A DNA stretch of 63,982 nt, counting the filler, from Asterionella formosa (taxonomy: Eukaryota), in the NCBI GenBank assembly GCA_002256025.1. It is 5 parts of 5 records of this genome, joined end to end, with 100 filler letters (N's around TTAATTAATTAA, not from the genome) between each part and the next. Parts side by side here need not be neighbours in the genome. Positions count along the whole stretch, not along the records: positions 25,654 to 38,366 come from NKIB01007246.1; 4 more parts are not named here. One strand, 5' to 3'. Positions 25,554 through 38,466 of this stretch are shown here, one piece after another (the first letter of the stretch is position 1; each line of letters begins with the position of its first letter). The position numbers and the translations under genes were made by a program. The notes beneath the pieces are model-generated. The model was not told where the DNA came from. It did not search any database and was given only the letters and a program-made list of their open reading frames with translations.

Positions 25554-28500
25554 NNNNNNNNNNNNNNNNNNNNNNNNNNNNNNNNNNNNNNNNNNNNTTA
25601 ATTAATTAANNNNNNNNNNNNNNNNNNNNNNNNNNNNNNNNNNNNNNNNNNNNCAAAACAATTTTTTCTATTTCTCATTTGATGCTACTTATTACATCGC
25701 ATTTCATACTTTGGTTGCTCCAAACATCATGTTCAATTTGCATTGATGTTGCATGTTACAATCATTCTCGTGTGTTTTACGCTTGTTGTACCATCTCTAT
25801 GCATATTACCGATATTCTGGTTGTCATGCTAAAATCGGCAATTTTATTGCCGAAAAATTCGATGTGCCCCATATTGCCCTTAAATAAAAATTACTTAAGA
25901 AATTACTTAGAGACTAAAAATTACTTAGATATACCCGAATGGCAAGACGATAGCTGGAGCGGGAATTGCTTACAGAAACCTATGATGATAATACCGGGTT
26001 TTTAAAAAATACATAAATAGTCTACTCCCTGAATTCACTAGAATTCACATGCATAGTCTTCAATCCTCACGCTTGTACACGCGGGACAAAAGTATAGAGC
26101 CGTACGGTAATTTGTACTAGACTAGTAGAAATTGCCTAATAAGAGTAGACAAACCTATATCTGAGAATGGGAGAAAACGAAGCTTTAGCTTAGTACTAGC
26201 CAGTATCAAAGGAAGGCTAAAATTCTAGTCGCACTTTTGAGGCTCGAAAACTCGGACTTGTAGGGAGGGTGGGATGGAAAAGAAAGGAACAAGTTTGAGG
26301 AACCACAAAAAAACGTCAGGACCGCAATGGGATCATTGCGACCTGATAACCATAAATTCGCGAGCATGACAAGAAAGTGGGCACTGGATGTGCATAATTT
26401 TGACTGGCGTCTTCGGCTTAAGAAGCCGACCTGGTGAGTTATTTCTCCAGCAATGCTCGATCACCACTCCAGACATTCGGTCGACTTACAGGAGTATGTT
26501 CGTACACCTAAAGTACAGTTGGTTCAAATTGGTCATCTGGCAATCGACTGTTCAGTAGAGTACCAGTATGTATAGTTGCAACACGCTAAGCAACTACCCC
26601 GGCTCGATCCATGTCCTTTGAAGAAGTCATCTCTTGATATATTTCTATGCCAGAGGATGCAGGCAACAAGTTCTTTGGTTAGATCACCATAAAACCTGCA
26701 AGTTGCTGTAATTTTGCTTTTTTTCCCAAAACCGACAAATGTTTCCTGACATTGCAGCCTTTTAAGAGATCAAAGTATAAATACTTCCAATAGTTTGTGC
26801 CTGCTGGCCATATAAAGACAACTGGACAAAATTTGATAAATTCAGATCATTAGGGACAAAACAGGTTCTGACAAATTGTAATTTTGGGTTCAAGCACTTA
26901 GGGAACTATGTTAGTTTATGCAAATGGACTCTACTTCAAGCAAAATTTTACTTACATTTTTTTCTTAAACCAAAATTTTGCTTAATCTAGACAAACATAG
27001 TCCTTACTTCATTTGTATATGCTCCCTACTTCAGCCACTGCAGAAGGAAATTGAGTTACCAGTACACCACTCCTGTTGAAACATGGCTTGCCCAGTATAG
27101 ACCGGGTTTCATATGTACTAGTGGTATAGATGAATGGGCTGCTGCACATTACTATGACTTTATGAAGGCATTACCAGTAGTTTTGACGGCATGATACCGG
27201 AGAGCTTCACATTCGTTGGCTTCCACGAGGACTGTATAAAAATTGCAAATTCGCAATCAATCAATTTTTAGTAGATAATAACCTTATTTCACACCTTTTG
27301 CTTCGAGTATTCATGTTACTACTGTAGTCTTAGTCTTATTTGTTGTATATCCACTGTAAAAGTGTCGTATTTGCTGCTCATAGCATCGTCGTTTAAAAAT
27401 TGCTGGTCTAAATTACATGAAAAAATGTGCCATCGGCGACTTCAATTTTCGTTGTCAATAGTAGTAGTGTTTTAAGATTATTCTTTTACGATTTACTTTC
27501 AGCTATGTCGTGTTTAAAATACATATCAAATAGGAAAGCGTAGGTCTCATTTTTCGTCGAGATATTCGCTATTTTTCACATGGTCAACACTGCGACAACA
27601 TGATGATGAAGGATTCTGCAGCCGCTTGCAAGTACGACTACTTCTACCCTATAGCGTATTCTATATACAAAAGAATACCATTATTTTAGCTAAATAATTA
27701 TATTCCAGAGCAAATGCGTGCTATCTCAGGTACTAGCTACCTGTACATACCATGTCCATGAATCCAGCCATACGTATCATATATATATATGCATGGCTGC
27801 AATGTATATTGTCAGCTTCATCTTACATATATTTACCGGCATTCAGTACAATTAGCTACAGTATTACATAGGTTGTATGTGGGTGTGACGGCAGATGCAT
27901 TGAAATGATGACGTCAAAATAAGTCGTTAAGTTGCTATTTTAAGCAAAATCGCTAATTTAAGCAAACGCACTTTAAGATAAACGGTCCTACATTAGTAGC
28001 TAAGCAAAACCAACGGAGGCGTAAACGTCAAAAAAGCAAAACAGATTGGTCTCAATATTTTAGACTAAATCAGATTAAAGGAAAAAATATATTGGAACAA
28101 CAAGCCGGCCGGGTTGGTATATCAAGCGGATATCAAGAAGAAACACATGAGTCAATTTGGAATTGTAATCAGTATTGCCAGTAATTAGTCGTACGTGAAA
28201 CTAGATACCGGTATAGCAAAATCACCACAACTTGCTGGTGTCTTGTATTCCCCCATATATACCTGTACCTCCCTTCATATATCTGGTGCAACACTAACAC
28301 TCCCAAATATTTTAAGTCTACAGAAAAAAAGCATTATTATTGCATTCTAGCTATTTATTAATACATATATACTATAATTGCATCATTACAAGTCACTATG
28401 ATCATGAAACAACAATCAACAACAACACGAGCGATGCCAATGACATCTGCAATGGCAATATCCTTAGTTTACAATCTATTTCAACAGTTGAAGCTGCAAG

Positions 28501-29202
28501 TTGCAAGCCTGTTGTGGCGCGATTATCAAGCTGAATGCTACAGGCTCAAACAGCGCTGGCCTTGATGTTGTCGGCTTGCCAGAAGCGTTCATAGAATTAT
28601 TTCGTCTGCTGCTTGATGATACAGAAATATTTTGAGCATGTCATAATTCTGGTCCAATAATCATATACCGTTAAGTGATGTGGTTGGCTCATCTCAATTT
28701 CTATCATGATCCAACAAGTCTTAGAAGCTTCACAAATTATTACCACTGTAGGATCAAGTAAAAACGTGTACACAATCGAGGAATTATGAAAGATGCCATC
28801 ACGAAACTCGGGCGCTATTGATCATAGAAAGCGATTGAACCTACAACAACATATATTTTAATGTTGCTATTTATGTTTTTAGAATATGGAGAAAACGGTG
28901 GTGAAGTTGATTTTTCATCATGCTTGACGATCCAAAAAGGTCCAATAACTTGTATTCCCCTCTAAGTAAAATCAGTCATGTCTGTGTACATTGAGGGAGA
29001 AACCAGGTTTTACGGTAGTGTATTGATGCGAGTAGCTATAAGAATAAATAGTGATACATGTGGATCAATTAGGGCTATTAATTTTTGTTGGCCAGCGTAC
29101 TGACCAGTATTTGTGTGTGTAATATCGGCTATGTGTGCGTACCAAAGAGATATAGCTAATCAACCTAACAGCCAAGCATGCGTTTCTGGGCAAAAAATAT
29201 TT

Positions 29203-29380
29203 CTAAAGACGTCGAGCGAATAATGTACTTAACTTTTTGTAGATGCCCGGATTTATGACGAGCTGGCCTGACTGGCCATCCCTGTCGACGTTCTCATCGG
29301 CCTCCCTTTTGAGGTTGCGAAGCGAGCAATCAATGATGTATTGTTGTCGCTGTTCTGGTGTCAAATCCTTCTTCTTATGA
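29203..29380 (-). pseudogene. Possible N-terminal fragment of a mariner-type transposase
   Basis: KKDLTPEQRQQ...GIYKKLSTLF resembles the N-terminal HTH region of DD39D mariner proteins. Short and weak match. Confidence 0.3.
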
Positions 29381-32201
29381 TTATTGGTTAGCGAAGGGTC
29401 AGCGAAAGGGGGGTCCAGAGCAAACATTCCAATCAGGACGAGATCTACAAAAAAACGGGCCCAAAAAGTCGAGGTCAGAGTTCAACTATTTCTAGGCAGA
29501 ATACTAAGAACATGTATTAAATTCACCATTCGATTCGGAAAATTTTTTAAAAGTAGGGGCTATTAACCGGAGAATTATTGGAGCTTGCGCTTCATGAGAG
29601 GCAGCGACCAAAGTTTGGTTGCAACTACACTGGAACAGAGCAGGGAGTAGTTATATGCAGTGACTCCAGTGTCTTTATCGAAGATGCCTACCAGTGTACA
29701 GCCCGATAGTATGTACTCTGTTACCAGACAGAGATACCAGGAAAAGGCCCAGTAATCGATAAATTTAGCTTTCTTTCTAATATTACAACAAACCAGCTTT
29801 TACCAGACCTTCGATAGGTGCAGGGTACCTAGTACAGGTAGACAATATACTTGGTACATACCGGTCGTCCACTTCTATGTATGCAGAGAAGAATTTATTC
29901 TATGTACGTATGCATGACATAGTTAGGAAATATATTCTTATCCTAAATAGAAATGGTGAAATTGATTGTAATCAACATCATGATGGAAAGACGAAGAAAC
30001 AACAATTCACCATGACAGATACACGAACACAGGGCGACAATTTCTGAGCAGGACTGCGTAAATTCTACACTTCTACCATACCAGAGGCCTATGCGAAGTG
30101 CCATGGCAACTACTCTTTTGCTGAATGTGATAATTTTCGACTATATTTAGCTTCTAAAGCGGTTTCCAACATTGACAAGATGATTGTGGAAGGTGCGAGA
30201 TTTTGTCGCCATGGTACATGCAATTTGGATGCTAGTAGTGAGCGATGAAATCCAACAAGGCCCATCACTATCTATATTTCCTATTCATCTGACAAACCAA
30301 CAATAACAAATCATCATGGTGTGTTGTTGAGTTATATTCAAAAGTGAATAACAAAATTACACATGATCATTATTGGAACTACCATCAAAATATTCCTCAG
30401 TCTCTTCCTTGAACAAAAATGGTACTCAACAGTTGATTACCCATTGGTTGCTTGTTTTTTATGGACTTGGCTGTCTATCGCAAGTATATGTGCAAAGAAA
30501 ATCAGTTAGGGTGCAGCAGAAAGTTGATTGGGAAAAAGATTTCCAAACTCACCTGCAGTTGCAGCAAACAATCGACTGTGCAGTCATTGGCAGACTTATC
30601 TACAATGCTATTGACAAATTTTACTTCTTGGAGAAGTGTCCAAAACTGAGGTGTTGCATGCCTGGCTGGATCCACCTCAATAAAGCAAAAAGGCAAACGA
30701 GTTCTTAGTAGGAGAACATGTAATCTCAATAATTCCATGGACACATGAAATTATATGAAGGTTGACACGACCTTATGGACCAACTTACTAATGATGGTGC
30801 TTGGTGTTGCATCACCCATGAGGGGGGCATCAAAATTCAGGTCAAGACATACCAAGTAAATTCTAAAATAATTAGTCAGTTTACTATAGCGAAAGATTCA
30901 TAACAATATCCTCTAAGTATCCACTCTTACTAGTACTCATTTCTGTACCTGACATTCCAGATCAAAATTTTCATTTGTTCATGTCAAATGCTTAATGTGG
31001 AATAGCAAAAAAGTGAAATTGATCTGATTGATTCCATAAATGAGAGAATTTTGTTCTCACTATTATGATGTACTCCTTCCAGGTACCAGATAAGATTGAA
31101 AGTGTAAGATATAAAGTAAAATGTTTTAGAAAACTGGAAAAACTGAAATGATATCCATCAGCCATTCCATTTAAGGTTTCATGCAAACATTACTGATTCC
31201 GAACATATTCAGTACACACTACTATTAGGTACTAAGCTTTGATCAACATGGTATAGTCAATATAGTATGTGTTCATGAAACAATAATTTGCTGGATATTG
31301 TTCATGGTAACCTGGATCTTGTATTCCAATATAATCGATAATCCTCTAAATTATGGAACATCAAACCACAAGCAACCCTGGGGCATTGTTGTTGGGATTG
31401 AACAAGTGTTCTGCTTCTTGCTTTACAGTATTGGCAGTAGAGAAATACCGTATGATCACTGGAGAATGTAGACAGTACTTCATACTTAGTCACTTACCGG
31501 TAAACAGGTTCGTCACATCCTGTATTATTACGACATGCATACATCGCCACACGGGAGTTACTCGGAGTCGTACGCACGTTCAGGGATTCAGTATTTATTA
31601 GCTACCGGTTGTCCTGTACTGGCTGTATATGCTTACCGGTATGTGCTAATGAATGTATCCATCTATGAATGTATATATTTAAAATCAAGAATAGCCATGT
31701 ACATATGACCATCAGTGGACGACATACAAAAAAGAGGTATGGATTTAGTGCACATCCATTAGGAGTCCACGTACAAATGCACAGGTATCATACCTATAAA
31801 ATATAATTAAAATTTTTGTCATCAAACCGCAATCATCGTCATGACATGAAACACGATCATCATACGACCGGCACTCTACATAAGCGAATGGACATACATA
31901 GCCGTACCCAGGTACGAAGGTCTGCGGTATGTGCTTCACTGTATACTGTGAGTAGTATTTAAAAAAATGAGAAGCCGTGAAAGACACGGTCACGGTACTG
32001 GTACTGGGAAGACTGTGCGAGGAGTATCAGGGTTACCAAGCAAGGCTACGTACTGTAATGACGAAGTGCCAGTACCACCCCGGTACCAGGGGTACCTGGT
32101 ACCAGATACCCTGGAATCTGGTACCAGTACCGGTAGGACACAAACGGAGGAAGCAAATAAAAACAAACTTCGAATCTCCATCATTTGAACAGTTTTTCCG
32201 A

Positions 32202-33899
32202 ATGAAAAAGTCACAACGAGCCCTACCGTTCACCATGATGATGATACGCTCTTCACTGCGCATGCTCCTGCTTTTGTCCATCTCAACCAGCACAGCAAGC
32301 GCGGTAGCAGCCCACAGAGATTGCTCGGGCTCCATTCGACATGTTCACCTGGCGGTTGGAAAGGACCCATCAAATTCGATGACGGTGTCATTTAGCAGTA
32401 TTGATAGTGGAAAAGGAGAGCCCCTTATTGGAGGCATCTTGCTGGGGACTGATCCTCAACGACTGGACAGAGTTGTTCGAGAGGAAGAAGATCCCATGTC
32501 GTATGAAGCGTTGCAGCCTCGAAAGCATCCAAATTATACTTCACCGTTGCAACATCATGTCACGTTGACTGATTTGGAGCCATCTACAACATACTATTAT
32601 AAATGCGTTGTTAGACCTTTCGCGGCAGGCTTCAGTCATCTTGAACATTCTATTTCAAGACAATTTGACAAGTTAAAGGAAGGCGAATCGATAGCCGTGA
32701 AAGTCAACATTGCATTCCAAAACGAGAGCGACTCTCCTGAAGATGAAGGAAGCAGTCGGAACTTGCTACATGAGCGTGCACGCCAGCAAGAACGAGATTT
32801 ACTTACACGACGCCTCGCTCCACCTCCGTACGATAGCACACAATGCAAGTGTCCCGATCCCGATCAAATTAGATCTTTCAAGACAGCGCCACTCCCGGGA
32901 ATCATGCCAGATACCCCGCTAAAGTTTGCCATAATTGGGGACATCGGCCAATTTGCTCATTCCGAAGAGACATTAGCCCACCTTATTAAAGAAAATGGCG
33001 AAGGTATTAGCGCAATCATGCTAGCTGGTGATATTGCCTACCCAGAAGGTGACCACTTTCGATGGGATACCTTCATGGATTTTCTTGACGACTATCCGAT
33101 TGCAGCTCATGTTCCCATGATGATTACTCCGGGCAATCACGACATTGACAAGGCGACCGGTGGGTACGAGATTTTTCAAGCGTATGAAAGCAGATTCCGC
33201 ATGCCTCGTGTTCAAGCGGCCGTTAGGGATTTATACATGGTTGATGGCGATCTCAACATGGACAAGCCACCCTATCCACTCCCATATGACTATGGAAATG
33301 CCTATTACTCCTTCACATGGGGACCAGCGAGGTATATTGTGCTGAATTCTTACTCTGCGATGGAACCCGACTCGACGATGTACCAGTGGTTTGTTGATGA
33401 ACTCGATGCTGTCGACCGAACTGTAACTCCCTGGCTTTTCGTCATGTATCACTGTCCTATTTACAACAGTTTTAGCAATCATCAAAGCGATTTCCAAATC
33501 ATTGCTACTCGAGAACATCTCGAGCCTCTCTTCGTGCAATACAAGGTGAATATAATTTTTAATGGCCATGTGCATGCTTATCTCCGGACAGTCAACGTTG
33601 CCTTTAAAGTTCCCCAGCGAACAGGACCAATACATATCGTCATGGGTGCTGGCGGCCGTGATGCCCAAGCATCATTTTTATCCATTGAACCTGAAGAGTG
33701 GGTAGCTGTCCGAGATGCGTCCATTTATGGTTATGGACTTATGGAAATTTGCAATGCCACGCATTTGCGATGGGATTGGATCCATTCCGGAATAGCTGAT
33801 TCTCATCATTACAACTCAGTCTATCATAAGAATGTAACGTTGCCTGTGGGTGGGGTTGATGGGATTTTGGTGGAAAATCAGTATTTCATTGAGGAGTAA
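32202..33899 (+). CDS. Secreted purple acid phosphatase (FN3-like N-domain plus metallophosphoesterase)
   Basis: All five metal-ligand motifs present: GDIG, GDIAY, GNHD, MYH and GHVH. Signal peptide LRMLLLLSISTSTASA. True start is likely 32202 or slightly downstream, not 31977. Confidence 0.9.
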   Translation: MKKSQRALPFTMMMIRSSLRMLLLLSISTSTASAVAAHRDCSGSIRHVHLAVGKDPSNSMTVSFSSIDSGKGEPLIGGILLGTDPQRLDRVVREEEDPMSYEALQPRKHPNYTSPLQHHVTLTDLEPSTTYYYKCVVRPFAAGFSHLEHSISRQFDKLKEGESIAVKVNIAFQNESDSPEDEGSSRNLLHERARQQERDLLTRRLAPPPYDSTQCKCPDPDQIRSFKTAPLPGIMPDTPLKFAIIGDIGQFAHSEETLAHLIKENGEGISAIMLAGDIAYPEGDHFRWDTFMDFLDDYPIAAHVPMMITPGNHDIDKATGGYEIFQAYESRFRMPRVQAAVRDLYMVDGDLNMDKPPYPLPYDYGNAYYSFTWGPARYIVLNSYSAMEPDSTMYQWFVDELDAVDRTVTPWLFVMYHCPIYNSFSNHQSDFQIIATREHLEPLFVQYKVNIIFNGHVHAYLRTVNVAFKVPQRTGPIHIVMGAGGRDAQASFLSIEPEEWVAVRDASIYGYGLMEICNATHLRWDWIHSGIADSHHYNSVYHKNVTLPVGGVDGILVENQYFIEE

Positions 33900-34163
33900 T
33901 AAAGAAGGTGGTTTCACCCAAGCCTTTCTTGCATGGATATATTTGCGACCAATTAAATACTTCATCATTTCGTCGTCTCAGTATATATAAATACTCCCTG
34001 TAGCGACCGCTCGTGTAGCTCAAGCAGGCAACAATGTCATCGGATGAAAATACTAAGTTGCGATCCTTTTCCATCGTAAGCGAAATCGTTAGATTAGGAT
34101 GTGCAAAACTACTAGCGGCTCATTTCGTTGCTTCTCTTTGCACGTAGCTAACTGCTTTAATAG

Positions 34164-34936
34164 CTATTTTTCGTAGACCCACGCATCGACAGTTTTCCCA
34201 TAATCGTTGACTCCCTCAGGAAACCACATGGAAAGCTCGTGTGCGGCAGCTTCAGGTGAATCACTGCCGTGACAAATGTTGCGACCCAAATCGATGCTGT
34301 AGTCTCCACGAATGCTTCCTGGCTTGGATGCCAATGGTTGCGTCTCTCCAAGCATCTGCCGTCCCTGGTTGATGATATCCTTTCCTTCCCAGCACATGCA
34401 AACGATAGGCCCCGATGAAAAGAATTTGCAAAGGCCAGGGTAAAACGGCTTCTTCGACAAGTCAGCATAATGCTCCTTGGCCATTTCTTCTGTAGGCCAC
34501 ACCATTTTCAAACCAACGAGCTTATATCCACGTTTTTCGAATCGGGCGATAATATCTCCCACCAATCCGCGCTGAACACCGTCTGGCTTAACAGCCAGAA
34601 ACGTTCGCTCCTGGTTGGTTCCTGGAGCACCAAAGACAGGAAGAGCGTCACAGTTGGCGACGCTGTTCAGTGGTGAACCAGATGCGACTGCCACAGTTCC
34701 GACAAAGGCCAAACCAGTAACGGCCCAAGACATGTTTGGAGCTGCCACGCGAGCGCTGGTCGCAATCTGGTCGAAATGAATGTGCAAGCAATGTTATAGG
34801 CGACAGAAGCGAGGGACAAAGAAATCGCCCTTCATCATTTCTCTTCTCAATCTGCATTTAGCTTGCCTTGAAAACTTACCGACGATGCAGCCCGCGAGGC
34901 GAAGAGTCGGGAGCGGAAAGCAGCACGGAAAAGCAT
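34164..34936 (-). CDS. ndk: Mitochondrial nucleoside diphosphate kinase; 2 exons (34936..34880, 34766..34164)
   Basis: ERTFLAVKPDGVQRG, GSIRGD and RNICHGSDS motifs. Arg-rich presequence MLFRAAFRSRLFASRAASS plus a hydrophobic stretch. GTAAGT...CAG intron at 34767..34879. Confidence 0.93.
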
Positions 34937-35221
34937 GGTGAAGGAACGATGAGAAAGAAACAAAAGAAAATTGTGTAACTGTTACTGGTGTTGCGGTGGC
35001 TGATGAATCTTTCTGCAATGCACTCGTATCCTACCGGTATCCAAAATGAAGCCATCAGCCAGCCAATTGGCAATGTTGATGCATGATCCAATAAATTGTT
35101 TCGAGCACATAATTGTAGGCAGAGTATACACTTACCGGTATGTAATTTTTACTATTTTCCACATAAGTAAATATAATGTAGGTATATCGATCTGGTTATT
35201 AATCTGTCCAGCACCCAGCAG

Positions 35222-35248
35222 CAACAACAACAACAACAACAACAACAA
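35222..35248 (+). repeat. (CAA)9 microsatellite
   Basis: Seen directly in the sequence. Confidence 0.95.
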
Positions 35249-36115
35249 TAGCAGACCCTCAAGGAATCGATATAAACAGCAAATTTTTTCAAGGCAATGC
35301 GACCAGGTCGGATGTACAGAAATAAACCAATAACTACTCTTGGTTTTACTTTCAACCCAACTGGTACCAAATGGTATCAAAAAATGCCCTTTTGAAGTTG
35401 ATACCAAGTTGAGTTTCTGAGATATGAAATAAAATTGATATCAAAGAGTTGGTGTGATGATGCTGGCAGTTGCAAATTTCCGATCCCAATGACTTTGAAA
35501 CCATTAATTAAGATAGGTTTTTCTACTGTTGTATCCTCCTTTGTTTGAGAATATTTGGTTCGAAGAAAAATGGGTCCTCATGAATCTACATTTTGCTCAT
35601 AATGGCCACAAGTGAAAATCGAAAAAGCCCAAAAACCTTTTTTTGATGTAGTTGCAAACTTTAAATTAACTACTTGTACATATATAGTATACATGGATCT
35701 TTAGCAACGACCAAGGCACACAATAGGGAAATTAAGCCAGAGAAAAAATGGCCCCTGAGAAATTTTATGAATTGACGCAATTGTTTCACCCGGAGGGACA
35801 AGTACCAAGTATTACGAGGATGTGCATACTGGTACCAGGTATCCCTCTCTCCGAAAATAGTTGCATCAATTATCGGAACCCTCATTGCCAAGCAGCTTAT
35901 TTTAGCACGGATTATGTAGACTACATATCAATTTTTTACGTGAGGGTCGGCTTACTCGAAAATATGCGTTTTTTACGTGTTACATAGAAATGAAAATAAG
36001 TCTGTTTTTGTAATTAATTACTTAGCATCTAAATAAATTAATCGAAAGCAATTTGACATTATACATTGGGTACATGTATATATCCACTTCCATAATCATT
36101 ATTGGTATTGTCAAA

Positions 36116-36610
36116 ATGAATGTTGACAATGACAATGTGCCCATTCCTGATGGTCAGATCCTCGGCTTGATGGCAAGCAATAATGGGCGCAGCTGTTCCC
36201 ATCAGCGTTGTTGCGGATCAACTGTGAAAGTTAGATCAGTGGTCTTTTTAATTGGTGCACAGTGCTGGACGAGGTCCTACAAGAACTCGAGGATGCAATC
36301 CAGGGGACGATGGACTGTGACCTCCATCCGGAGAACAAGGTCAAAGGGCGATGCAGAGTTGGATATCTTTGCAGAAGAATTGCTCATGACATATTCGAGG
36401 CAAGTAATTATGTTCATCGCACTACAGTAGTTATTGAACAGCTCAAAGACTCTTAGGAGCAAAAGAAAAAAGAATGAATATGAGAGGATATAGAATTGCG
36501 GTACTTATGTTCCTTGATGAAAGCTTCAAGATTGAAGATGCTGTTAAGGAGGAGGAGGTCATCGAAATAGATGATCACCGGTTAGATAATAGCAATTCTA
36601 CTGCTGTGTA
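36116..36610 (+). pseudogene. Frameshifted Cys/His-rich, HIRAN-like transposon-associated gene
   Basis: GQILGLMASNNGRSCSHQRCCG followed, after a frameshift, by GRCRVGYLCRRIA. Convergent with the mariner transposase. Confidence 0.45.
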
Positions 36611-36793
36611 GATAAAATACTAGACTGACGCACCATTCAGTAGAATTTCAAAATTACACATAGATGTACTCGGTTTAACACTGTATTTATGTATACATAT
36701 AAAATTAAAAAAGGAGCAACAACATCTGTCAATCCAAGAATGCAGCCATAGTGGCGCCAGCGACGAAAACCTCCTTATCTGCACACCCTATTA

Positions 36794-38115
36794 TTAGAAC
36801 TCTTCGTCGAGAAATGTGCGGGCCAATTCAATTGCTCCTTCCCCTGCAGATATCCTATCCAGAAGCAATCCAACCCGATCTAAAGCTGCCTTCCCCATTT
36901 GCGGTAAATCATAGTTATTATCGCCATTCACCAAAATGATTTCCTGCATGCAACCTTTTAATGTTGAGAAAGAAAAATTTAATAAGTTGGGGTCAAACGA
37001 ATAAAATGATGCCTGCACTGCCTCTATCAAACTGTCAACATCATCGTTAGATTCTTCCACGGAGTCCCATTGACCTGACTGCAATGCCCTGAAAAACGAT
37101 AGATCATTGATATTTAAATCCGGACTGTTTGCTGTCAATTGAATATCCCGGCCTTCCGCTCTTGCTGCAGCTACAAAGGGAGCGTAATCAGAATCGAACC
37201 GAAATGTGTGGATGCATTGTCATACTGTAGATATATTCGTTTGTTATTATTGCGTCACTTCTCTTTGATCACAGGTAAAACATTGTTCACGATCATGTCA
37301 GCATATGTCTGCTTGGTAACTGGAAGGGATTTTGTTTCCATTTTCCGTTCTGGTCGATAAGTGGAAGTCCTTTGGGCTGCCACTTGGTGAACAAATGGCC
37401 AAATACCAACTTTACCATAAAACACACACACTTTGTTGTCGTCGAAATGCGGACGGGCTACAGCAGAAAGAAACATTACCTTTTCGATATGATCTTTATG
37501 TCTTGTTCGCCGTGTGGGAGCCTCCTCTCCATGAGCCAGATATATCTTCAACTTTTCCTCTGCAACAAAAAACCACTTTTGATCTATATGGACCTGGTTG
37601 TAGAAGCCATCGTAATATCCAAACAGTCCTGGGTCAAAGTCAATGTCAGGGGAAGGATGTTCTTGATCTGGATGGTTTAATTGTAAATAGTTAACACAAT
37701 ACATAAAACGACTAATCTTACTCTCCTCCAAAAGCACACTTGAGTGCAGTCATAATACATCCCCTTTATTATCAAAAACTGTTGACTTCAGAAGGGCAAG
37801 CACAGCTGCTAATTTACAATAAGCACTACGCTTGCAATATGGGATATCTGCAATTGCTGTAATTATTTCCTCACGATTATATTTGAGAGGATGCCTGAAC
37901 AAGAATTTGCGGGAAGGCGATGCAAACACGTCAATATCACCATTATAATAGGATTCAAGCATGCGGTTCCAAATAAATTGTATAGTTGTTTTATCAACTT
38001 TGAACTGGGCCACCAAATATTTTATGGTACCAGGTCCCATACTACCGGTAGATGGTTGCCCACACACCAATATTTACAGAATACCGGTACCAGGGTAGGT
38101 TGTAGTTTACCTTTG
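36794..38115 (-). mobile_element. Degraded mariner-like transposase of the DD39D (plant/oomycete-type) group
   Basis: VHIDQKWFF, KVMFLSAVARP, GKVGIWPF, METK, QYDNASTH and NSPDLNINDLSFFRALQS, with stops and frameshifts. Confidence 0.85.
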
Positions 38116-38142
38116 TACACAGTGCTAGTTGACTGCTGAAGG

Positions 38143-38322
38143 CAATACACGCCCGAGGTGGTCTCTTGCCTGCGAGTATACATGTGTACTCGGCTGGGTG
38201 GCGCGAGTAGGTTGACCGTACGAGTGGCGCCCCCGGCGCTGCGAGAAGGTCACCCTACGAGTGCCATCCCAGTCGAGTACACATGTATACGAGAAGGCAA
38301 GTAGCCGCCGAGAAGGGTATTG
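38143..38322 (+). other. Long rod-like foldback with four symmetric CGAG/CGAG internal loops
   Basis: Arms pair over ~85 nt each. CGAG at 38154/38309, 38173/38290, 38204/38258 and 38221/38242 face each other. Most other mismatches are G.T. Confidence 0.85.
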
Positions 38323-38466
38323 TTGAGGCAATTCCCGCTCTAGCTATCGTCGCGTCATTCGCTTACNNNNNNNNNNNNNNNNNNNNNNNNNNNNNNNNNN
38401 NNNNNNNNNNTTAATTAATTAANNNNNNNNNNNNNNNNNNNNNNNNNNNNNNNNNNNNNNNNNNNN

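Noticed and set aside
31977..32201. N-terminal extension of the purple acid phosphatase ORF
   Set aside because: Non-ATG start running through a GGTACC tract. The signal peptide lies downstream.
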